A stretch of DNA of 64,000 nucleotides, taken from the NCBI GenBank assembly GCA_010093815.1, contig ML996572.1; one strand, given 5' to 3'. The translations under genes and the position numbers were made by a program. Positions 54,201-64,000 of the stretch are shown here, piece by piece; position 1 is the first letter of the stretch; every line of letters begins with the position of its first letter. This stretch comes from Pseudovirgaria hyperparasitica (taxonomy: Eukaryota). The notes beneath the pieces are model-generated. The model was not told the origin of the DNA. It saw nothing but the letters and a program-made list of their open reading frames with translations, and did not search any database.

Positions 54201-57200
54201 ATTAGAGCTCCGGCTAGGGATATACTAGGCCTAATCTATCCTCGCGTAAGGTTCTTTTCGATATATTCTTAGAGGACCTATAGCTTAGGTTCTAATAGAG
54301 GGTAGATGGGTCCGTGTAGGGGTTATTAACCGTCCTTAAGGTTAATAGTAAGATTAGTAGATTGGTATTAAGGTAATTTGGACGAGTCGATTGCTAACGC
54401 GATATATTAGTATATTTTATACTAATATAGTAGGTTTTCGTCCACTTTAATACTAAGCTCTCTATTTTAAGTAAGTAAGAGGATATAGATAGTAGAGATT
54501 ACCTTTTTATAGTTCTTCTGGAATTATTCGTCGTCGACTAGCTATACTAGGTTCTATTATAGTAGGTGTATGCGCCAGCTAGTTGTTTTCTAGATGAAGT
54601 CTAGTTTCGGGTTATATTTTTCGAGCTATAGTATACCGAGAATCATATTAAAGGGGCTATCTACTATGATAAAGGTTAAGTAGTAGGGTTTCCACTTCCC
54701 CCTGCTATCCTAGATACTATATTTAATAGTATAGGTACCCTATGATTTAATAGGACCATTAATACTATAGAAGGTAGTATCTATTAGTACTTAAATGTCG
54801 ACGTTAAGTTCTCGTGCTCGTTAAGTCGATATAACGTTAGTAGCTAAACCGCTATCGAGTATTACGGTCTAATGTTATCCATAGGGGACCTTAATAGGCC
54901 TAGCCTATAGTTTAATATACTAGTTAGCTGGTTATCCCTCTATTTTAGTTGCGCCTACAAGTCGCGAGGGTTTCTTATAGGTAGTTAGTTTTTTATATTA
55001 TATACCGGGCAGTTAGGCGCGATATATCCTAGCTACTAGCACTTATAGTATATAACTAACTTAGTATCTATATTAGTATTCGGTGGTTTCCTAGAGCGGC
55101 ACTCGGGTACTATGTGGCCTATCCTACTATAAGTATAGTAGGTGACTTTAGGTCGTTTATACGAGTCGTTTCTCGCGTCTTAAAGTATTAACTAGTAGAA
55201 AGATCCGCGGTCCGGGTCTCGTCTTCTTAAGTTTATAGAGTAGTAGTATCTATAAGGTATTCCGCGCGATCTATTACTAAACCGGTCCTCTTTAGATGAT
55301 TTCGTATTAGATTAGATTAATAGGGATAGTTGTGCGCCTATATAACGTTAGTTATTTATTATATACTAATGTTATTCTATAAGATTCGCGAGTGCCTAAA
55401 GGTCGGTAGAGATAGATATTATAAGGTCGATACGTTCCTTTACGCTCGGGTTAAGGGATCTTTTAAAGTCGTCGTATTATCGAACTATATAATCTTCCTT
55501 AGCTTCTCTCTAGAGAGGTCGGAGGTATTTAAGAAGTTATAACGGGGATTATCTTTCTCGCTATTAAGTCTTAAAGATATGGCTCTAAGTCTATTCGCGT
55601 CGCTCGGCTCTATCGCTAAAGTATTAAAGGAGGAATTCGGTATACGTGTCCTAGTTATACGTATTCTTAGGGTGTTCGATTCGATATACTATCTAACGTT
55701 TAGATGGCGTTAGGTCTAGGTAGTTCTATATAAACCTAATCTTATTACTATCGTTCGTGAATAGGTAGAAGAATCGGCTATACTAGTAAGCCTATTCGTA
55801 GAAGCTCCTCCTAGTTTTACCGTTAAAGTAAGGTGGTTTCTTAGGCTAAGGTAACTAGAATAGTAATAGACTTAGTTAGACTATTTCGGCTTAAGTTAGT
55901 CTATATTAGTATAGGTTAGTTACTACTAGTACTAAAGCGCGTAGTACGGCTTTAAGTCTAGCGGTTTATCCTCGCGCTTCGTCGAGTTCGCGAAGTTACT
56001 ATTCGAGCTACGCCTAACGCTACCTTTCTATATATAGTCTAGTATATACGTCGTCGTAAGGCGTAGTTAACGTTAGTCGGTTCTAATAAATTAGTTTGTT
56101 AACGTTAATAGGGTCTAGTCTTATAGTAAGGATAGGTCTAGTATAGTATAAACTAGACCGCGATGGAGTATAATGGACTCCTTCCTTATTATCTAGGTAG
56201 TCTTCCACGGTTATATAGAATACCGTACTAGTTATTAGTATAATAGCTTATAGAGTATACTTATTGGTGGAGGTGGTCGTAGGGAGACTATTCTCCTCGT
56301 TTAGATTTAGGGAGAGTCTCTTATAGGAGGTCGTGCCACGGGTATTATAGCGTGTAGTAGGAGCTATCTCTATAAGCTACCGTTATACTATATAGAGAGG
56401 AATTAAAATATAAAGAGTAAAGACGTAGGATAGTAGTCTAATAGTTCATAGAGAGATATAGGAATATATTTTTAGAGTAGTCTTACTCTTATACGAGGTT
56501 GATTCCTAACGAGTAGGAATCGGTTTATACGGTCTACTTATATAGTGACCTCGCTTAACTTAGCTAACTTAATCTAGCTCTAGCCACTACGTGGCTGCAT
56601 GGATTAGAATAGTCTATATAGGTCTATTATGGTTCCCGTCCTAACAATAACCTAGAAATAGTTAGCTATATTTATACTAAATACTCTCGGAATAGATAGA
56701 GAACGTAAAAGAAAGGCACTATCTAAGTTAAGAAGTATAGTATAATAACCGAACTAGATATCTACTTAACTACTATAATACCTCTAAAACCTATAGAATA
56801 ATATTCCTATACTATAGAAAAATATTTATATATTCTAGTTTCGCGAAGTACTACTTCCGTTAATCTATAAAAGACTAGAAATAGTATTATTAAGTTTTAA
56901 CTATCTATATAAATTAGAGAAGAAAGCTAATAAATACTACTATATCCTTAAGAAATATAGCTCTCTAGATAAAACTAATAAACCCTATACGGGTTAGAAA
57001 CGAGGTCGATTAAATACGTTTAATTAAGAGTAACCTTACCGCGATTAGTACTAGAAGAGCGTAAATCGGGGTAGAAATATATTAAGAGAATACTAAAATA
57101 ATTAAGGTAGTACTTCTTAATATAGAAAAGAATAAGATATAGGCTTAAATATAACGCCTATTATAAAATAGTAGAATTATAGTGTACTTCGTTACTATAA

Positions 57201-57514
57201 GTATAGAGAAATAGAATATATTTTACCTAACTATAAGAATCCGAAAAAAGAATAGACTAGTACACGAGACCTAACTATATTCTTAGCTAAATTATATATA
57301 CTTAGAAGAAGCTATAGCGTCTTCCGGCGAGTAAAGACCTAATATTACTAAAAGTATCGTTATCTATAGTAAATAGTAATAAAACTATATAGGCCCTCGT
57401 AAATACTAGTATAGAAGATAACTATATTTTATCGATTCTTATAAAGAAGTATAGATTATTATATAATCTCGGTAAAGTTAGCCGAACTATTATAGTTAAT
57501 AGATAATAATTCTT

Positions 57515-60500
57515 AGGAAAAACTTCTTTTACATCCCCAAGAGGCTAACTTGGTCCATTCGGGGTAATATAGTAAGATATATACCTTAATCGATAGAGCA
57601 CACCGAGTACACTAACTACTACTATATATACGTATGTATAGCGTCGAAACCAAGACGTTATCGCTGTATAAAGATATATATATACCCTCTTAAAATCCTC
57701 ACGGAGATAGAGGCACGGACTATACTACTAGAACGCCGATACGCTAACCCTCTTTTATTAGTTAAGGGTAGCCCTTAACTAATAAATATGGCGGCCTTAG
57801 ATACCGATATACCCCGGTATATACCGGATATACCCCTACTAGTACGATAGAAAAGGCTATATAGTAATATTACTAAGGGTAACTATATACCTATCTAAAA
57901 CGTAGAACACATCTAAAGGCGTACGCTACTATAGATAGACGGAATAAAGGGGACCCCGAGAGGGGAAACCCTTCTAGATTATATTAACTACTAGGTAGCA
58001 CGTATAGAGAAGGAAGCTAGAGAGGGCTAGAAGACCCTTCTATATATATTCTAGGACCTTATCCGGAATCTAAAGGGAATTATAGAGGAGAAGAAGAAGA
58101 TATAACTAGGAGGACCGGAGGGTAGGCTCGACTAAATAGAGGCTAGCCTACGTAGAATCTAGGAGGAACTTACTTAAGGTAAGCGCCCTAGTATATAGAT
58201 ATAAATAGTAGTAATACCGGAGGCTATACCATGGGCCCCCCGGACCGGTGACGCGGCGTATAGTATATACGTTATAATCTAGAATAAGGACACCCTAGTA
58301 TAGGTCTAGTAAGTATCCCTAAAGAATATAGTAAGTAAGATTAACGAATAAAAGGGAATATAGTTAAATATTATCGTCGCTAAACTTACGCTAGGAGGAG
58401 TAGTACTTACCACGATAACGAATATCGCGTAGTAGACTATCTTACACGATCTAAACGCGATTAGTAGTATCTTTCTAGGCGCCTCTATTAGGGCGGCTAT
58501 ATACCCGATATAGATATACTCTATACCCGTAAGCGGATAGGTTATTAGAGAAGAGGATATTACGTAGATAGAATAGTTAAATAAGCGAAAATACCTAGGG
58601 ATTAAGATTATAAGAGTATAGTAGAAGAATATATAAGGGATTAAAACTAGATCGAAGGTATACTCTACTATAATAGTAGAGCTTAAGGACCCCGCCCTCG
58701 CGTATTAAATTATATAAGAGGGATTTCTAGCGGAAGGGGAGCTTCTTATAGCGGAACTATAGGATAGAGTATAGGCGATAATATAGTGCTTTAACTATTA
58801 GGGATACGGGTATACGGTATAGCGGTACTTCTAAAAGACTAGGTATAGGTAGTATTAATAAGAATATAGTACCTAGGAGTGCCCCTACGGGATATAAGGA
58901 GAGGGCTAGAGGGATAGGGACACGGCGAAGTACTCTAACTATAATGGTAAGCACCCATCGTAGTCGGCTACGTACGCGAAACGTAAATAGGTTACTAAAT
59001 ATATCTACTTAATCCGGATAAAGGGAGTAAGGTAGCTATAAACGATACGACCTACTACTATTCCTCTCTTTACTATAATACTACTATTATAGACTACCTC
59101 CTTATAAGGAAGCGGTTAGAAATAGTAAACTATCCCGAGAAAGCTAATAATAGGACGGCCCTAAGGAATTACTAAGGCCGCCGCCGTATAAGGATAGTCG
59201 CGTCTTAGAGGAACGAATATATAGGCCTATATATTCCCTAGCACCTAATAAGAGACTAAGATATACTTCTAATTATATAGGTAAACGTATAGTATAAACG
59301 TGAGAACTAGGCGATACTCCTTAAGGAGACCGGAGCTATAATACTCGCTATATAGAAGCTATATAAATACTACTAGACGAATAAACTAATAACACACCTA
59401 GGATATTATATAATATACCCCCTAGGACCGGAGAGGAGAGTCCTCTTCTATATCTATAAGTCTATTCTACTCTTATTATAGTCGTATACTAAACGGGATA
59501 ACCTCTAGATAATACTATACCTCTAGACGAATATTAGACTCCTCTATATATATAATATATATAATTAGAACCAATCGCTTTAGGCGGATAATATACTTAA
59601 GGGCACTACCAAGCTAGGATAATATATCCTCCTAGGAGACTTTAACCTCTATTATAGCTAGTAGGGTAGACTAACCGTTACCCGCGAAGAGCTTCGAGCT
59701 AGAGAACTACGTACCTAATACTACGGCTTTCTATACCTTCTTATACTAGTAGGATAGATTACCTAGCGAAAATATAAATAAGATAAGGGCGGATCTATAC
59801 TCGACCTTACCCTAGCCACTAGATATATTTATAATAGAACTTAATACTACCGCCTAAGCCTTATATAGATAGACTCTAACTATAAATATATAGAGACCGT
59901 AATAGATATATCTACCCCTTAAGACTAACGAGGGCGATAGCTATAGAAGGATACTAACTAGGAAAAGTACCTAAAGGACCTAGAATCGATGATCCTAGAC
60001 CCGTCTATAGTCGACGTATCTAATGGCCCGGCTATTAACCAGGCCGTGAATATACTCCTATAGGCGTACTAGGGAGTAAGAGATAAACACGTGCCGTACT
60101 AAATATATAGACCCCTAGACCCGAAAAGTATACCTTAAGTATAAGAGTATAGGCGAGAAGTCCGGAGATTATATATACGCGTATACTATAACCGTATACC
60201 TAAAGCGTAGAATAAATAGAGAGAGGCGAGAAGATAATAAGATAAGGTCCTCTATAACGAGCGATATAAATAGTAGTGTATAGTCACGGATAGATATATA
60301 CGTAATACTACTAGACTATAGTATATAGTAAAATGGGCTAAAAGTACCGCCTCCCCGACACCTATACTACTTATACCCCCCCTTATATATTAAGAAAAGA
60401 CGTACTCTACGAGCCTCGAGAAAATAGAGATTCTATAAGAGGTTATATTCTCTCTTCTAGAACCCGTAGACCTATTAGATATTAACGGTACGGAATACCC

Positions 60501-62813
60501 GGAAGCTATAAGTATCTCTAGGGAAATTACGGACGATAATATACTTAGCGCTATTAAGATACTCCTAAACGATAAAGCGCCCGGGCTAGACGGAATTCTA
60601 AATTAATATCTTAAGAGGACTATATAGGCGACCTTACTAATTATAGGCCATATATTCCGAGTGTACGCCTATATAGGATACTATCTATAGAGCTTCCGAA
60701 CTATATACACGGTTATACTTCTAAAACTAGAGAAGAGCCTAAACACGCCGAAGGGATAGAGGCCGATCACCCTCCTCTTCTACCTTAGTAAGGTACTAGA
60801 AGCCACGATTACTAAGAAGATAAGTATAGTAGTATAGGTATACGGCCTTCTCCTAGTAAACTAGAAGGCGAAGGTAGAAAGCTCCCTAATTATAGCTATT
60901 TAATATATCCTCGAGGTTATCTAGACTATATAGAAATAAGGACGAGTCATTACACTACTCTCCCTAGACATAGTAGGGGCGTTTAATAAGGTAAACTATA
61001 TAAGACTTATCTATAACCTCCGGATAAGGCGAATACCTAAGTAGATTATATAATTTATATAGTCCTTCCTCGCGTAAAGGACTACTTAAATATATATCCC
61101 TAGATACCGAAGTAAATATAAGGAGATAGTATACGGCATCCCGTAAGGGAGTACTATCTCCCCGATCCTCTTCCTCTTCTTTATAGTAGACCTCCTTTAG
61201 GGAATAGAATATATAGAGATAGTTAGATACGTGGACGATATATACCTCCTTATGGTCGATAGTAGTACTAGTAGAATATATACACGACTCGAACGAGACC
61301 ACGAGAAATACGTCTAGTAGATAAAGCGCTATAGAGTAAAATTCGCACCTAAAAAATACTAGCTTATGTACTTTATTAACCGCTATAGAGAATAGGCTAC
61401 TAGGGAGGGGGCACGTCGCCCCTAAATCGACGCCTTTATAGAACTACTAGCATAGAGTATATAAGTACTCGGCGTTATAATCGATAATAAGCTAAAATAG
61501 GGACTATAGGTGGTACACGCTATCTCTAGAGCCCTCTAGGTAGAAACCGCTATACGCCGGATTACGGCATCTACGTAGGGAATAGCCTAGGATAAGGCGA
61601 GATAGCTATACGTCTCCCTAGTACGCCTAGCCTTTATATATAGATACGAGTACTAGTATACGGCCCTTATATAAGCTTAGTAAGTAAAGCTTAAGTCTAT
61701 ATAAAACTATATACTCCGCCTTATCTCTAGTATATATAAAGCTACTAACACGACGCTTCTCTAACGCGAGATAAACGTAATAAGTATATAGAACTTCTAC
61801 TAGATATAGAGACTTATATACTTTACTAAATAATAAGTATAAGAACGTAGAGGAGATAGGGTATATACCTTCGCCGTAATACGCACACGTATCCACGCGT
61901 ATTACTAGACCCTCCCTACTATAGGATAAACTCAAGTATAATATAAATACTATATAGAGGCGGACTTAAGCTAGACCGCGTAGGAGGTTTAAAATAACCC
62001 GGATACTATCCTAAGCTAATAGAGCCCTAAGGAGCTTAGCCGCGTTATACGGTCGTGGATCTAGAATAAATAGAGAGAGGTACTTAAAGCCTAGTAGGTC
62101 TCCTAATAGAATAGGTATCTAGAATAGATCTAAGGGCCTTAGAAGGAACTAAGTAAATAGATATATAAAGGGCTAACGAAGGCCTAAGCATCTATACTCC
62201 TCTAAGCCCGAATAGGCGCTATAGGTCTTCTATATTACCTCTACTAGAGAGGCGTCCTAGATATATCTCCCTAGTGCGAGGACTACGGCCGGAGAGATAT
62301 AATACGCCACTACCTCGCGACGTGCTCTAGCCTCTATACCCTAAGATAAGCCCTCGTCCGTATAACGAGGACCTCCGATATTATATAATAGCTTAATAAG
62401 TACCTTAAGGATATTACCCGATAGATGCTCGTATACCTTCCTCTCCTCTAGTTCTAGTAGACCCGCGTATATATACCGGAAGAAGCCTAATATATACTAG
62501 AAGAACCCCGGTATACGTTAGAAGAACCCCGGGAGAACCGCGATTATTAGTTAAGGGTAGCCCTTAACTAATAATCTCCGTACCTACACGTGCTACCTAA
62601 GGGTAAACTATTATAATATAGGCTATAGGCCTATAGGTAGCCCCTAGGGCTATATATATATAAAGAACGAGAGGATAGATAGAGCGTAGTTATGGATATA
62701 AGGGAGTTTTTCCTATTTATAGGTTTCTTCTTATATAGTAGCTTAGACTAGAGAAGGCATGCGCCTATAGAGTGGTACTCTACCTAGTTTACTAATATTA
62801 TTATTATTATTAT
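57515..62813 (+). mobile_element. RIP-mutated Tad1-clade LINE: ORF1 ~57788-59260, ORF2 ~59263-62480, (TAT)n tail 62796-62813; 5' end approximate
   Basis: ORF1 knuckle QCFNCQGYGH...C (~58785); APE motifs AIQEP and LGDFN.HH; RT motifs KAPG.DGI, RPITLL, LDI.GAFD.V, GIPQGS.ISPILF and YVDD; C-terminal CCHC; no RNase H seen. Confidence 0.93.
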
Positions 62814-63243
62814 AGATATACTACTCCGTAACGTAGTCCGGCTCTATAGTATACTAAATAGTATAGTTTTAGATAGAGGTCTATAGATAACATCTAAATT
62901 TTAGAAGGATTTCTACTATATACTAGAAATTAAGCGGAAACTTAGTACTACGTTCTATCTATAAATAGATAGATAGATAGAGTAGTAGAATTAGATAGTC
63001 GAGGCGTATTTACGCGTATATTATAACTATAAGTAGAATAACTAGGTAAGGTTAGTCTATATTATAGAATTTATATATAATAATAGCCGATATATGTTAA
63101 CCTACGTAAGTCTATTTAAAGTAAACTTCGGTTAGAACTATAATATATAGTTCTTAGAGACTTAGTTTAAAGTAGAATAACCTAACGTTAAAGTAATAGA
63201 AATTACTATAGAACTATTCTAAATATAAAGAAGCGTTATAAAG

Positions 63244-64000
63244 TGTAAGAATAGGGTAGTTAGATAGTAGTGTAGCCAGATAGAATAATAGGGTGTATTC
63301 TATTATAGAACGAATTACTACCGAACCCTTTCGGTAGGAATCCGAGAGTATATATATAAAGGGACGCCGATCTATCTAGCACGTAACTATTTACCACCCT
63401 TCACGTTACCTCCTAACCCTATTAGCTAAGGTACGTATAGGTCGAGTCCTACCTAAGGCTAAGTCCTAATAATTATCCCTTCCCTCTAGGAAGCTACCCT
63501 TAGCGACCTAGATCATTATCTATCCCTATATCCCTATCCTAAGTCTTATAAGACCTTAGTCGTTCTCCATGCTTCGTCTTAGATACTTACCGATATTCGC
63601 CGATCTAAGATTCACACAAGCGTTTTCCTAACAAACTAGATTTTAGTCTATCTTAACTTCTCCCCTAGGTGAGATTACCTAATTAGGCCTAGCGTATTAT
63701 GTAATGTGATTAGGTAAGCCCGGGTGCTACCTATATCAAAATCTTTTCTTAGAAATATTCCTTTCTTTAAAAAACCTCTTAACTCTTTATAGAGTTTTTT
63801 AGATTATTAGGTATATCACCCGATCCTTATAGACATAGATTTATATAGATTTACTATAATTTAGTACGATTTACGTAATTTACTGATTTTCGTGCCGTCC
63901 TTAGCTAGTAATAATATAATTCGTAATAATCCGCATAAATTAATAATAATTATAATATGGTTTCCCGAAATCTCGACACTCTAAAGCAATCGGCGCGGAA
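63244..64000 (-). mobile_element. 3' LTR (63471-63244) and PPT of a second, inverted family-A Gypsy copy that extends beyond the window
   Basis: 228-bp reverse complement of the LTR at 31900-32273 (minus the solo LTR); minus-strand purine tract GAGGGAAGGGATAAT immediately precedes it; no TSD on both sides, so not a solo LTR. Confidence 0.85.

Larger units (their letters stand above)
40976..56646 (-). mobile_element. Chromoviral Gypsy element family B, copy 2, interrupted by copy 3; LTRs 40976-41213 and 56409-56646
   Basis: 238-bp LTRs, TSD ATAAC (40971-40975 / 56647-56651); the pol sequence resumes seamlessly at 51576. Confidence 0.95.
31900..63243 (+). mobile_element. RIP-mutated Ty3/Gypsy element family A, host of nested insertions: 5' LTR 31900-32273; gag pieces ~32300-32785, 40744-40975 and 56652-~57300; protease ~57390; integrase core 62814-63243
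   Basis: TG..TA(CA) LTR of 228 bp net; zinc knuckle at ~57195 (YYKYREIEYILPNY -> CYKCGE.GHILPNC); protease ALV(D)T(G); integrase VVRLHG.P.SIVSDRG..FHPQTDGQTE.QNQ. Confidence 0.85.

Noticed and set aside
32786..56646. Six 238-bp direct repeats as a CRISPR-like or satellite array
   Set aside because: They are paired LTRs with TSDs and PPT/PBS
57772..57786. CTAATAA as a RIPed CTGATGA hammerhead core in the UTR hairpins
   Set aside because: The motif is fully paired in a perfect stem and no stem II/GAAA follows in either copy
31900..63471. 228-bp inverted repeats bracketing 31.5 kb as TIRs of one giant DNA transposon
   Set aside because: They are LTRs: one is followed by a PBS and gag, the other is preceded by a PPT; there is no shared TSD and no transposase

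Overview
Fungal (Pezizomycotina; Dothideomycete-like by inference) genomic DNA with two compartments. Bases 1-~31,200 are GC-balanced and gene-rich, with nine genes: MOT1/BTAF1 Snf2 ATPase, an orphan with an F-box-like motif, a PAS kinase, a hypothetical protein, a secreted GH71 alpha-1,3-glucanase, a PrpF-family isomerase, a secreted GH12 glucanase, NDUFAF5 and dynactin p62. A decayed orphan reading frame follows them. From 31,213 to the end lies an AT-rich, RIP-mutated (CpA/TpG->TpA) stack of nested retroelements that LTRs and target-site duplications resolve. A Copia 3' end is interrupted by a Gypsy element (family A). Family A holds a solo LTR, two chromoviral Gypsy elements (family B, one containing a third B copy), a Tad-like LINE and the 3' LTR of an inverted family-A copy. 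The most notable finding is that every family-B copy carries an antisense, intron-containing gene for a ~335-aa basic protein with a Cys cluster. Both Gypsy families show Tf1-type self-priming. The LINE has a hammerhead-like fold at its 5' end and the same hairpin in both UTRs. Exon boundaries and de-RIP reconstructions were read by eye and need computational confirmation.
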